This document shows, piece by piece, positions 37,758 to 47,434 of a stretch of DNA of 64,000 bases. The position numbers were made by a program, and so were the translations under genes. Each line of letters opens with the position of its first letter. Within the stretch, counting starts at the first letter, position 1. The notes under the pieces are model-generated. The model did no database searches and was not told the origin of the DNA. It was given only the letters and a program-made list of their open reading frames with translations. Source of the stretch: an uncultured delta proteobacterium (lineage in GTDB: Bacteria > Desulfobacterota > Syntrophobacteria > BM002); contig CAVQGX010000007.1 of assembly GCA_963712115.1 (NCBI GenBank), positions 14,978 to 78,977 on the forward strand. The letters are read 5' to 3'.

Positions 37758-39101
37758 TCATTGCTTTGTATCACCTATTTTTCTCACTTTCAACAACAAA
37801 TTTTCAACCCCAATTACCTCCACCCTGGTACCAACAGGCACGATGTCCTCGGAGGTAGCGTTCCAGAGTTCGCCGTGGACGAACACCTTTCCCTCTGGGG
37901 CCAAAGACTCTTTGGCAACCGCTATCTCTCCGATCAACCCCTGATACCCGGTGCGCGGCTTGGCCATGTGGGCCCGGACAGCCAGAAAAGCCACAGTAAT
38001 GAAGAAGCCTGAGATGACAAGTACTGCCGGAATCAACACACTCCAGGAAACCCGCAACCCGGTAGTCCCGGTGTTAAAGAGCATGATGGAACCGAGGGTA
38101 AGGCAGATGACACCCCCTATGCTGAGCAAACCGTAACTGGTTACTTTGATTTCCAGAAGAAATAGAATGGCTCCCAAAAGGATCAACAGCACCCCGGCAT
38201 AGTTCACTGATAGGGTCTGGAAAGCATAAAAGGCAAGAATCAGGGAAATTCCACCGATGACACCAGGGAAAATGGCGCCGGGATGGGAGAGCTCGAAATA
38301 AAGGCCAGCCAAACCGATGAGCATTAGTATGTAGGCGATATTTGGGTTGCTAATGGTTTTGAGAATCTTATCCCGCAGATTCTCTTGGAGGCTTTCGGTA
38401 GAGAGCCCCTTGAGGGCTAGCTTTTTTTCTCCTTCTTTGGTCTGCACCGGCCAGCCTTCAAGTTTGAGCAATAGATCGTTCATGTCTTTGGCGATCAGAT
38501 CAACTACATTCAGCCTCAAGGCCTCTTCAGCAGTAATGGACACGCTTTTTCTCACCGCCTCCTCGGCCCAATCAGCATTGCGGTCCCTCTTGCTGGCAAT
38601 GGACTTGATGAAAGCCACCAGATCATTGACCATCTTTGTGTCCATGGTTTCGTCCATCTCCTTGCCCCCAGCCACAACCGGATGAGCGGCGCCTATGTTG
38701 GTACCTGGCGCCATGGCAGCAATATCGGCAGCCATTACAACAAATACACCTGCAGATGCAGCCTGGGCGCCACTGGGAGACACATAAACCACCACCGGAA
38801 CGGGGGAGTTCATGATGGTCTTCACCATGGTTCTCATGGAGGAAACCAAACCACCAGGGGTGTCCAATTGGACCACAATGAGCACTGCCTCATCTTCCAC
38901 TGCTTGCTGTGTCCCCCTAGCCAGAAAGGCTGCTGTACCCGGGTTTATACTCTCCTCGATGTGAATCACCTTGATGCGCTCGCCAGTTGCCGCCGAGAGG
39001 GAAGTCCCAGACGTTATCAGTAAGATAAAAAGCAACCCAGCCAGAAAAGAAAAACCTCTTCTAAGTCTGGCTGGTTCAGTTAATTTCGCTACAAGCCGCA
39101 T
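37758..39101 (-). CDS. nfeD: NfeD family membrane-bound ClpP-class protease
   Basis: LDTPGG, AASAG, TNIGAAHPV, TM domain, C-terminal OB fold (GKVFVHGELWNA); paired with slipin. Confidence 0.93.
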   Translation of the reverse strand: MRLVAKLTEPARLRRGFSFLAGLLFILLITSGTSLSAATGERIKVIHIEESINPGTAAFLARGTQQAVEDEAVLIVVQLDTPGGLVSSMRTMVKTIMNSPVPVVVYVSPSGAQAASAGVFVVMAADIAAMAPGTNIGAAHPVVAGGKEMDETMDTKMVNDLVAFIKSIASKRDRNADWAEEAVRKSVSITAEEALRLNVVDLIAKDMNDLLLKLEGWPVQTKEGEKKLALKGLSTESLQENLRDKILKTISNPNIAYILMLIGLAGLYFELSHPGAIFPGVIGGISLILAFYAFQTLSVNYAGVLLILLGAILFLLEIKVTSYGLLSIGGVICLTLGSIMLFNTGTTGLRVSWSVLIPAVLVISGFFITVAFLAVRAHMAKPRTGYQGLIGEIAVAKESLAPEGKVFVHGELWNATSEDIVPVGTRVEVIGVENLLLKVRKIGDTKQ

Positions 39102-39189
39102 TTTTATTTCCTTTCTATGCTTCTAGACCACAATCGGCTTTTTTGCCGTGCCCCCTAGACAGGCTGAAAAACCTCCCAGGCCAGCACCC

Positions 39190-39918
39190 TCAGCTATCCC
39201 CCTTTTTTACCAGAGACAGGAGCAACTGGACATCCTTCCAAGCCTGGCGCTTCTGCAGAGGATTGCGGAGAAGATATGCAGGATGGTAGGTGGGCACCAC
39301 GGGAATACCCTCAAACTGGTAAACCTGGTTCCTCAGTCTAGATATTGGTTGCTGCGAGGAGAGCAGAAATTGGGCGGCAAAACTTCCTACGGCTAAAATG
39401 GCCTGAGGACGAATGGCGCGAAGCTGACGGCGAAGGAATGGGCCGCACAATTCGATTTCATCTGGCAGAGGGTCTCTGTTCCTCGGTGGTCTGCATTTGA
39501 TCACGTTGCAAATGTACACCTCATGGCGCCGCCACCCCATTGCTGCAATTATGTGGTCGAGTAATTTGCCGGCTGGGCCCACAAAGGGTCGACCCAATCG
39601 GTCCTCTTCCCGGCCTGGTCCTTCTCCAACGAGCACTACTCTGGCTGAGGGGTTTCCTTCCCCAAAGACAATATGGGTTCGATCGGAGTGAAGTCTGCAG
39701 CGGTTACATTCTCCCAAATCGACCTTTATCTCATCCAGGGTCTCCGGCAGAGCTTGGGTGATAGGTAGCAACTCTGAGGGCAACCATTCCAGACCCATCA
39801 TGGCCTGGTAGCTGAGATGCTGGCGAAGGGAGGCTGCCAGTTGAGCGAGGTCTCGGCGAGTCGATCTCACTAGCTCTTTGTCATCATGGGCTTTTCCACT
39901 CTGATTGCCAAAACGCAT
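39190..39918 (-). CDS. uracil-DNA glycosylase family 4
   Basis: C..CRL...R...VFGEG, GEGPG.EED..GRPFVG, NVIKCRPP.NR, TYHPAYLLR motifs. Confidence 0.94.
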   Translation of the reverse strand: MRFGNQSGKAHDDKELVRSTRRDLAQLAASLRQHLSYQAMMGLEWLPSELLPITQALPETLDEIKVDLGECNRCRLHSDRTHIVFGEGNPSARVVLVGEGPGREEDRLGRPFVGPAGKLLDHIIAAMGWRRHEVYICNVIKCRPPRNRDPLPDEIELCGPFLRRQLRAIRPQAILAVGSFAAQFLLSSQQPISRLRNQVYQFEGIPVVPTYHPAYLLRNPLQKRQAWKDVQLLLSLVKKGDS

Positions 39919-40051
39919 GTTTTGCTTATCCTATTCTTTTTGGGTTCATCTGGGATTTGCTTGGTTGATCATCTCCAAGCAAATCCCGGATGAACCTCTT
40001 TTTGACCCCCATTATAACAGGTTTTCTCAATCCCTAAGAATTGACAGGTTG

Positions 40052-41251
40052 TTACTTTCGCCACAGACGCTCCACTCGATCCCATATCTCCATGGCGATC
40101 AATTCTTTGCTCTTCAGAGGTAGGTTTTCCACCTCGCCTCCCGGCCACAAAATGGTCACTTCATTGGTATCACTGCCAAAGCCGGCATTAGCTGCGGTGA
40201 GATCATTTGCCACAATGAAATCCAGATTCTTCTGGCGGAGCTTTGTCTTTGCATTTTCCAGCAAATCTTCGGTCTCTGCGGCAAATCCTACCAGGATTTG
40301 CCCCTGCTTCAGTTCTCCAAGACGCAGTAGGATATCCTCGGTCTTTTCCAGCTCTAGAGATTCGCTGGCTTTTATTTTTTTTATTTTCTCCACCGCCCTT
40401 TTCATTGGCCGATAGTCAGAAACTGCCGCCGCCATCACCACGGCATCCATCTGGGTGAATTGGTCCACAACAGCCTCGTACATCTCCTTAGCACTCATAA
40501 CCTGGATCTGCGAAACTCCATAAGGTGGAGTCAGAGAAGATGGTCCGCTCACCAGAGTGACCTCAGCTCCCCTCCTCCTAGCTGCACTCGCCAGAGCATA
40601 ACCCATCTTTCCAGATGAGGGGTTGGTCAAATGTCTTACTGGATCCAACAATTCTCTGGTGGGGCCGGCGGTCACTAAAACTTTTTTCCCCTGAAGGGAT
40701 TGCGGTGTCGACACTTGTCGGATGCATTCCAAAATTTCATCTACAGGCGCCAATCTTCCCAACCCTTGAACCCCACAAGCAAGGTCACCGGTTTCGGGAC
40801 CCACTTGATGGAACCCCCAACCCCTGAGCTTGGCGAGATTTTCCTGTACAGCCTGACTTTCATACATATTCACATTCATGGCAGGACAAATAATCTTGGG
40901 AGCGGTGCAAGCCAGCAGGGCCGTGGTTAAGTAATCATCGGCAATCCCGTGTGCCAGTTTGCCAATTATGTTGGCTGTGGCGGGAGCAATGACAGCCACT
41001 TCAGCCTCGGTGGCAACTTGGATGTGACCGATTCGTGATTCCGTCTCTAAATCGAAAAGATGAGTGCACACAGGCTGGCCAGAGAGTACCTGAAATGACA
41101 GAGGTTGCACGAACTCCATAGCGCTTTGGGTCATGATCACCCGCACTTGCGCCGCTGCCAAAGCCAAAAGCCTGGTTAGCTCCAAGGCTTTGTACGCTGC
41201 GATCCCTCCACTTACTCCCAAGAGAATCTTCCGGTCTTTTAATGTCGTCAT
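40052..41251 (-). CDS. coaBC: phosphopantothenoylcysteine decarboxylase/synthase
   Basis: GGIAAYKA, APATAN, PAMN..M, LACG..G.GR, TAGPT.E..DPVR, SSGKMG, GFAAET motifs. Confidence 0.97.
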   Translation of the reverse strand: MTTLKDRKILLGVSGGIAAYKALELTRLLALAAAQVRVIMTQSAMEFVQPLSFQVLSGQPVCTHLFDLETESRIGHIQVATEAEVAVIAPATANIIGKLAHGIADDYLTTALLACTAPKIICPAMNVNMYESQAVQENLAKLRGWGFHQVGPETGDLACGVQGLGRLAPVDEILECIRQVSTPQSLQGKKVLVTAGPTRELLDPVRHLTNPSSGKMGYALASAARRRGAEVTLVSGPSSLTPPYGVSQIQVMSAKEMYEAVVDQFTQMDAVVMAAAVSDYRPMKRAVEKIKKIKASESLELEKTEDILLRLGELKQGQILVGFAAETEDLLENAKTKLRQKNLDFIVANDLTAANAGFGSDTNEVTILWPGGEVENLPLKSKELIAMEIWDRVERLWRK

Positions 41252-41366
41252 GCCTTCCTCTTTGCTTTCTAACCTTAAGTCGAGTTGATCCTGAGGTTCT
41301 CATTCTAAGCGAATCGAATTAACTGATGAATCAATCCCCCTCTTGCAGCATCTAAATGTAGTTCTT

Positions 41367-41445
41367 CACCACAAAGGGCACAAAGAGCACAAAGGTTTTT
41401 TCAAATAGAAGTAGTTCCTTTGTGTACTTTGAGATCTTCGTGGTT
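41367..41445. repeat. fold-back nonamer array
   Basis: caccacaaag-ggcacaaag-agcacaaag ... ctttgtgta-ctttgagat-cttcgtggtt. Confidence 0.8.
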
Positions 41446-41461
41446 AAGCCTGCTTCAGGCC

Positions 41462-41941
41462 TCAAGGCATGGTTGCACTCACTTGGGGTGCCACCCAGAT
41501 TTCAACTCCGGTTTTCAGGGGATACTCGGCCACACTTACTAGGCAGCTACGCTTATCCTTTTCGAAGTTCAGGATTACCCGGCGATAGCGAAAACTGGAT
41601 TTCAGAATCCAACCGTCCTTGGGCATATTAGTGGTAAAAAAATTTACCAGTGACTCACCCTGCACATACCCCTCGAACACCAGGACACCAGCTGAAAAGG
41701 AGGGCGTACTGTAGACAAAGGAATTCTTTTTATTAAGGGAAAGTTCTGCGGGAATTAAAATGTCAGCAAAGTCATAGTAGACAGGAGCCGGTCCTTTAAC
41801 TTCACTTTTCTTCTCTTCAGTTTCTCCAGAGTTATCCTCAGACTTTTGAAAAGCCGCACACCCGAAGCCGACAAGGAAAAGCAGCGAAACCAAACAGATT
41901 AGCAAACCACTTCTACCTGCAATACCACCATCAATTCTCAT
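41462..41941 (-). CDS. putative lipoprotein
   Basis: Hydrophobic signal ending GFGC (lipobox-like); YYDF.DILIP.EL motif. Confidence 0.75.
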   Translation of the reverse strand: MRIDGGIAGRSGLLICLVSLLFLVGFGCAAFQKSEDNSGETEEKKSEVKGPAPVYYDFADILIPAELSLNKKNSFVYSTPSFSAGVLVFEGYVQGESLVNFFTTNMPKDGWILKSSFRYRRVILNFEKDKRSCLVSVAEYPLKTGVEIWVAPQVSATMP

Positions 41942-42012
41942 AACTTCCCCCTCCTTGCCCCGTTCGCTTTAACCTTGCTTAAAGTCACTCTGGTTATGAA
42001 CCCATTGCCCAA

Positions 42013-42531
42013 TCATACTTCCTTGAACACAAGGTCTGAAAGTGACTTGCGGTCGGACTTCTGCTGCCGATGCTTAGGATGCCCAATAGCTAGAACCGCC
42101 ATCAATTCATAGGTCTCAGGCGCATCTAGGATCTCCCCCACCCTCTCTTTGTTCTTCAAGATTTCGCCAAGCCAGACGCCTCCGAGGTCCAAAGCATGAG
42201 TTGCCAGCCACATATTCTGTAGGCAGGCGCCTATCCCCTGACAGTCCTTGGTCCGATCATAGCTGGCATCATTATCAATAAATACTGCAATGATCACAGG
42301 GGCATTACGAATGATCTCCCGGTAACGGGTATGCTTCGCAACTTCATCTTTAACTTTAGAATCCTGAACAACAGCAAAACGCCAAGGCTGGTTATTGAGT
42401 CCGGAAGGAGCCCAGCGACCAGCCTCCAGGATTGTTTGCACATCATGCTGGTCTACCGGATCATCGGTATACTGCCTGATGCTTCTCCTGGCAAATATGG
42501 CTTCCAACACAGCTTGACCGGATTTACTCAT
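42013..42531 (-). CDS. nitroreductase family protein
   Basis: RRSIR.Y, WAPSGLNNQPWRF, QNMWL...LG..W motifs. Confidence 0.94.
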   Translation of the reverse strand: MSKSGQAVLEAIFARRSIRQYTDDPVDQHDVQTILEAGRWAPSGLNNQPWRFAVVQDSKVKDEVAKHTRYREIIRNAPVIIAVFIDNDASYDRTKDCQGIGACLQNMWLATHALDLGGVWLGEILKNKERVGEILDAPETYELMAVLAIGHPKHRQQKSDRKSLSDLVFKEV

Positions 42532-42699
42532 TTGTTCTCCCGTGGTCTCGCGCCTGACCTTCGCGGTAAGGGAATTGAACCTCGCTGGTCACATAACCCC
42601 TTTAGTTGCTTGATATTATTGAGAGTATATCGGTATCCACCAAACCCGTCAATGATTAAGGCAAAGCTCTACGAGCTTTGCCTTACGAGACTGGATGTC

Positions 42700-42814
42700 G
42701 GGCGAGAGGGGAAATCGGGAATAACGGGTATTTGATTATTTTGATTGTGCACCTCTCTCCCGTATCGCTCGTCTCGCTGTTTCCCCGTGCCTGGTGCCTA
42801 GTGCTCAGTGCCTA
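42700..42814. repeat. degenerate octamer/heptamer fold-back array
   Basis: gggcgaga-ggggaaat-cgggaata ... ccgtatcg-ctcgtctcg-ctgtttcc, then gtgcctg-gtgccta-gtgctca-gtgccta. Confidence 0.55.
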
Positions 42815-43465
42815 GTTCGCACTGCGGTTGAACCGCAGTCCGTTAATAACCCCGTGGCAACGGCAGGCGGTCGCCACTAGAATATTCTTCACCGAGGATC
42901 TCGCTGCTTCGAGAAGCCGCCAAAGAGTTGACAATTGGTAGCCGCCAACACCTGGCGTCAGTTGATGGCTGCGAACCACCAGGGTCTTATAGCCACGGAC
43001 CTCTATTTGTTGGATAAGCTCATACAAATTAGCTTCGCGACGTTCTCGGGTGACGCTACAGATATCTTCAGGCTCCTCACAGTCGTTGGGACAGCGAAAG
43101 GTTGCAAAACTCGTATAGAGAACCCCTCCTTTGCCTCTCATGGGGTTGGGAATTTGCTGATCGAGAGCTGAAGGGGCGACAAGTGGCGTAACTGCCCCCT
43201 CTTTGGTCAACTGTTGACAGAGCCAGGAGAAAGCAACATGTTCGGGAATTGCTGGGATAATCCACTCATTCCCCGCACCAGTATGGGATAGAAGAAAGTC
43301 GACAGCATCCTGTTTTATGATCTTCAAGGGCTCATCCCTCAGATCATCCAGTGCATCTTCATGGTGATCCACTACTAGCAAATTGCATCTCCTTTTTCGC
43401 TGCAAAATGCGCTTCGCCGCTAAAGAGCCAAAATGTCCGGCTCCAAGAATCCAAAAAGATTCCAT
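42812..43465 (-). CDS. NAD-binding (TrkA_N-like) domain protein with Cys-rich C-terminus
   Basis: ILGAGHFG Rossmann motif; CPNDC..P..C, SHQL.PGVGG, ATACRCHGV. Confidence 0.75.
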   Translation of the reverse strand: MESFWILGAGHFGSLAAKRILQRKRRCNLLVVDHHEDALDDLRDEPLKIIKQDAVDFLLSHTGAGNEWIIPAIPEHVAFSWLCQQLTKEGAVTPLVAPSALDQQIPNPMRGKGGVLYTSFATFRCPNDCEEPEDICSVTRERREANLYELIQQIEVRGYKTLVVRSHQLTPGVGGYQLSTLWRLLEAARSSVKNILVATACRCHGVINGLRFNRSAN

Positions 43466-43530
43466 GAACCCTACCCTTTTTTTATCTTTCATTATCTTAA
43501 CAACATGATAGAGTAAACAGCAAACTATCG

Positions 43531-43641
43531 CAGATACTAGATTGCAGATTTTAGATTTCAAACTGACCTATCTTAAAAATATGGAATTCCGCAATCTGAA
43601 ATAACCATCACGCCATCGCTCCAATACTCCAGTACTCCATT
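43531..43641. repeat. heptamer fold-back plus octamer array
   Basis: agatact-agattgc-agatttt-agattt ... attccgc-aatctga-aat; ctccaata-ctccagta-ctccatt. Confidence 0.65.
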
Positions 43642-43649
43642 GTCGTTTG

Positions 43650-43678
43650 TTGACACCCCCTTTTTTTAATTTTATAGT
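43650..43678 (+). promoter_or_regulatory. sigma70 promoter upstream of tatD
   Basis: TTGACA-N17-TATAGT. Confidence 0.7.
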
Positions 43679-43744
43679 TCATCCAAAGTGCGGCAAAGCT
43701 GCATTCATATTTGAAAAGCCAAGCACGAAACAAATTGTGGCAAC

Positions 43745-43897
43745 AGATGTGGGATGTGCGATATGCGATCTATAAATTTAGGAATTGCGAATTAAGGGAT
43801 TAAGGAATTGAGCCTGGTCTAGAAAAATCCCTGAATTCCTCAATCCCTAAATTCCTAAATTTGATTCCCGCATCTCAGATCTCAGATCTCACATCCA
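43745..43897. repeat. nested fold-back (outer 7-mer, inner 8-mer) in the tatD 5'UTR
   Basis: gatgtgg-gatgtgc-gatatgc [ggaattgc-gaattaag-ggattaag ... aatccctg-aattcctc-aatcccta-aattccta] gcatctc-agatctc-agatctc-acatc. Confidence 0.8.
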
Positions 43898-43907
43898 GAT
43901 AAAAAAC

Positions 43908-44744
43908 ATGTTTGTAGATACCCATTGTCATCTTGACTTTGATGATTTTGCCAAAGATCGAGGAGATATTCTGGCTCGAGCGAAGCGGGCCGGCGTCCAG
44001 CAAATGGTCACCATAGGAATCGATCTTCCCTCCTCCAGGCGAGCCATCGCACTGGCTGAGAACAATGGAGAGATTTACGCCACAGTAGGAATCCATCCCC
44101 ATGATGCCAAGGTTCTTTCTCCTGAGGACATCCAGGAGTTGCTCAGCCTAGGAAGTAAATCACAAGTTGTAGCTTACGGCGAGATTGGCCTAGATTTCTT
44201 CCGCAATTATCAAGCGCAATCTGTGCAAGTCGCTTGCATGGAGGAGCAACTTAATTTGGCCCATCAATTAGGATTGCCCGTGGTCATTCATGATCGCGAG
44301 GCTCACCAAGAGATCTTCCAGATCTTGCAGGAAAATAAGGTCTGGGAAATAGGTGGAGCCATGCATTGCTTTTCTGGCGACTGGTCCTTTGCGAAAAAAT
44401 GTTTAGATCTCGGCTTGTACCTCTCCATAGCAGGACCCGTTACCTTCGATAAATCACAAATTCTGCAGGAGCTGGCCCAAAATTGTCCACTTGACCGGTT
44501 ACTTATTGAGACCGACGCCCCTTTTCTGGCTCCAGTACCCAAACGTGGCAAAAGGAACGAACCCGCTTTTGTAGTTTACACGGCAGAAAAAATCGCATCT
44601 TTGAGGAAACTCCCCTTGGAGGACGTAGCCAGACAGACCAGTTTAAACGCCCGACAGCTCTTCAGGCTGCCAACTCCGGAACCATTTAGAGTAGGAAAAA
44701 TTGTAACCACAGAGGACACAGAGATTACAGAGCATAGGAGTTAG
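43908..44744 (+). CDS. tatD: TatD family deoxyribonuclease
   Basis: DTHCHL, GIHPH, GEIGLD, IHDREA, HCFSG, ETDAPFLAP...RGKRNEP motifs. Confidence 0.95.
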   Translation: MFVDTHCHLDFDDFAKDRGDILARAKRAGVQQMVTIGIDLPSSRRAIALAENNGEIYATVGIHPHDAKVLSPEDIQELLSLGSKSQVVAYGEIGLDFFRNYQAQSVQVACMEEQLNLAHQLGLPVVIHDREAHQEIFQILQENKVWEIGGAMHCFSGDWSFAKKCLDLGLYLSIAGPVTFDKSQILQELAQNCPLDRLLIETDAPFLAPVPKRGKRNEPAFVVYTAEKIASLRKLPLEDVARQTSLNARQLFRLPTPEPFRVGKIVTTEDTEITEHRS

Positions 44745-44970
44745 CTCTAAATTCGAAATCCTAAATTCTCCTTCGGAGTCCCCACCCTGCGGGCGGGGTC
44801 CCGGTTTCGAAGCACAAAACAAATTAGGGAATTAAGGTTAGAATTGAGGAATTAAGAGATTAGGCTTCGTTCTTTTTTCAATCCCTGAATTCCTGAATCC
44901 CTAAATTCCTTAATCTGTGCATTTCGATATTCGGATTTCGGATTTATTCTTTCCCATGATTTTTGTGGTT
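44705..44970. repeat. triply nested fold-back element (9-mer > 7-mer > 8-mer) with an inserted GC hairpin
   Basis: accacagag arms, attcgaaatcct/gatttcggattt arms, ggaattga/aattcctg core; cccaccctgcgggcggg inserted near 44780. Confidence 0.8.
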
Positions 44971-45023
44971 TAATCTTTTCCTCCTCTCAATTGCGAGCCG
45001 GCGAATTCGTGCCACCGGTTAAA

Positions 45024-45623
45024 ATGACTGAAAAACACAAGAAAGGAGATTTTATTCTAGCATCGGCTTCGCCGCGGCGCCGAGAACTTTTGGCACAACT
45101 TGGACTCTCTTTTATCGTGGTTCCCAGCAAGCTCCAAGAGATCAACCAAAGTGGGATGAAGCCACATGTGCACGCCACTTACTTTGCTGAGGCCAAGGCC
45201 AAAGAGGTGGCTAACCACCACCCGCATCAGTGGGTTTTGGGGGCAGACACCATTGTTGTACTTGGCCAAGAAATCTTGGGAAAACCAGCAGACTTCACCG
45301 AGGCCTCCTCCATGCTCTCTCGACTGGGCGGACAAAGCCATGGCGTTATTACCTCCATTTGTCTTGCACACGCAAGTATGGAAGTTTTGGAAAGCGAGTG
45401 GGTTGAAACCAAGGTCTTCATGAGAAGCCTCAGTGGGGAGGATATCGAGGGTTATATAAGAACTGGTGAACCCATGGACAAAGCTGGTGCTTATGGCATC
45501 CAGGGCATAGGTGGTTGTCTGGTCCAGCGGATAGAGGGCTCTTACTCCAATGTGGTAGGACTGCCTCTGTGCGAGACCTTGGAGTTGTTACGTCGCCATG
45601 GGGTAGCCAACCCTTTCAAATAG
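45024..45623 (+). CDS. maf: Maf family nucleoside triphosphate pyrophosphatase
   Basis: ILASASPRRRELL, GADTIV..LGKP, GEPMDKAGAYGIQ, YSNVVGLP motifs. Confidence 0.95.
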   Translation: MTEKHKKGDFILASASPRRRELLAQLGLSFIVVPSKLQEINQSGMKPHVHATYFAEAKAKEVANHHPHQWVLGADTIVVLGQEILGKPADFTEASSMLSRLGGQSHGVITSICLAHASMEVLESEWVETKVFMRSLSGEDIEGYIRTGEPMDKAGAYGIQGIGGCLVQRIEGSYSNVVGLPLCETLELLRRHGVANPFK

Positions 45624-45650
45624 GTGGCAATGCTTCGAGGGGTGTATAAA

Positions 45651-45877
45651 ATCACAGAGATCACTGAGCAGATGAGCTACCATAAAATTCGAAATCCTAA
45701 ATTCTCCTTCGAGAGCTCACGAACCTGACAGACATAATCCTAATTTCGAATTCTCCAATGCTCAAAACAAAAACCAATAAATTAGTGGTTTGTTAGTTTT
45801 TGTCATTTGGATTTTGAAAATTTGAATTTGTTTAGGATTTCGATATTCGGATTTCGGATTTGCTCTCCTCTGTGGTT
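45651..45877. repeat. composite fold-back element (AAATTCGAAATCCTAAAT family, copy 1)
   Basis: 9-mer outer arms; inner aaattcgaaatcctaaat ... tttgtttaggatttcgatattcggatttcggattt; related copies at 57507 and 61358. Confidence 0.8.
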
Positions 45878-45909
45878 TCAATTTTCGGCCGTTGCAAGTA
45901 GAGGACTCT

Positions 45910-46599
45910 ATGGGGTCAATTGCGGACAATCTTGCCCGAGTGAAGGAGAGAATGGCGGAGGCCGCCATACGTTCGGGCCGCACGCCGGATTCGGTCAAAC
46001 TTGTAGGTGTTACTAAGACCGTAGATGTGGTCCGGATTAAACAAGCAGTCTCTGCAGGTTTACAGACACTAGGGGAAAACTACGTCCAAGAAGCCCGGAA
46101 TAAAATCAAGGAGGTCGGGAGCGAAGCAAGTTGGCATTTCGTAGGACGATTGCAGACAAACAAAGCAAAATATGCAGTGAAGCTTTTCGACCTGATTCAA
46201 ACCGTTGATTCAATTAAGCTGGCAAAGGAACTGAACCATCGTGCCCAACCATTGGGCCGGACAATTCCCATCATCATACAGGTAAATCTAGCCAGCGAAT
46301 TTACTAAAGGAGGAGTGGAGCCGTCAGAATGTCTCTCCCTAATCAAAAAAATCTCCGCCCTGGAAAATCTGCAGATCCGTGGACTTATGACCATGCCCCC
46401 ATTCTTCGATCAAGCTGAGCGAGCCAGACCTTATTTTTCCCAGCTGAGAGAATTGAGTCAAGAAATAGCCCAGGCCCAAGTGGTTGGAGTTGAAATGAAT
46501 GAATTGTCCATGGGCATGTCTGGCGATTTTGAAACGGCTATCGAGGAAGGGGCAACCATGATTAGGGTGGGAACTGCTATTTTTGGGGAGCGGCTGTAA
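45910..46599 (+). CDS. yggS: pyridoxal phosphate homeostasis protein
   Basis: LVGVTK, GENYVQE, WHFVG.LQTNK, GLMTMP, LSMGMS.DFE.AI.EGAT.IRVGT motifs. Confidence 0.96.
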   Translation: MGSIADNLARVKERMAEAAIRSGRTPDSVKLVGVTKTVDVVRIKQAVSAGLQTLGENYVQEARNKIKEVGSEASWHFVGRLQTNKAKYAVKLFDLIQTVDSIKLAKELNHRAQPLGRTIPIIIQVNLASEFTKGGVEPSECLSLIKKISALENLQIRGLMTMPPFFDQAERARPYFSQLRELSQEIAQAQVVGVEMNELSMGMSGDFETAIEEGATMIRVGTAIFGERL

Positions 46600-47329
46600 G
46601 CCTCTGACGCATGGTCTCATACAAAGCCATAGCGCCTGCTGCCGCTGCATTTAAAGAATCCAATCTCCCTCGCTGGGGAATTGAAGCGTGCAAATCGCAG
46701 GTCCGTTTTATTAGTGGTCGGATACCTTTAGCCTCCCCCCCTATTACCAAAGCGATGGGCTGGCAGAGATCTAGTTTATAGATGGGTTGATCCCCTTCCA
46801 TGGTCAAACCCACCACCCATATTCCCTTTTCCTTCAATAGCTCCAATGTTCGCCTCAGGTTAGTGACCCGGGCAACCTTAGAATGCTCAAGCGCACCTGC
46901 AGAGGCTTTGGCCACCGCTGCTGTTAGGGGCGCAGCACGATCTTTGGGCACCACCACTCCGTGAGCTCCGCAAACATAAGCCGTGCGAATCAAAGCGCCC
47001 AGATTTTGAGGGTCTTCGATTCCGTCCAGCACTACAACCAGGGCTGGGCCTTCATGCAGGGAGACTTCCAGAATGGTCTCCACCTCCACATAATCATAGG
47101 GGGAGAGGAATGCTATGATCCCCTGGTGACTGGTAGTCCCTGCCCTGGCTTCCAAGAGTTGACGATCGGAGGTTCGGACCTTAATGCCAAGCCCCCGCGC
47201 CTGGATGAGGATCTTGTGGACCGTGGCGCTAGATCCTCTTCGACTTACCCAGATCTCTCTAATCTTATGGCCACGGCTAGCCAGTGCTTCCCGGATTGGA
47301 TTGGTACCGTAAAGGATCTCGTCTGCCAT
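46577..47329 (-). CDS. rlmB: 23S rRNA (guanosine-2'-O)-methyltransferase
   Basis: YG.NP..EAL, HQGI, LDGIEDPQNLGA..R, KASAGA, IPQRG..DSLNA motifs. Confidence 0.92.
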   Translation of the reverse strand: MADEILYGTNPIREALASRGHKIREIWVSRRGSSATVHKILIQARGLGIKVRTSDRQLLEARAGTTSHQGIIAFLSPYDYVEVETILEVSLHEGPALVVVLDGIEDPQNLGALIRTAYVCGAHGVVVPKDRAAPLTAAVAKASAGALEHSKVARVTNLRRTLELLKEKGIWVVGLTMEGDQPIYKLDLCQPIALVIGGEAKGIRPLIKRTCDLHASIPQRGRLDSLNAAAAGAMALYETMRQRLTAAPQK

Positions 47330-47434
47330 GGGAGGGGCTATTTTTGTAGTCAACGAGTGTTTTGGCCTCAGATTTCGGGTTTCAGCTTTCAGGGCTTTAG
47401 GTCTTAGTAATCCAAAACCTCGGTGGTTTGTTGT

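Noticed and set aside
42560-42590. GGAATTGAACCT resembles the reverse complement of a tRNA T-loop
   Set aside because: The flanks do not form a 5-bp T stem, and no acceptor or anticodon arms can be built.
46577-46599. Convergent 23-nt overlap of yggS and rlmB
   Set aside because: Short tail-to-tail overlaps are common and need no special explanation.
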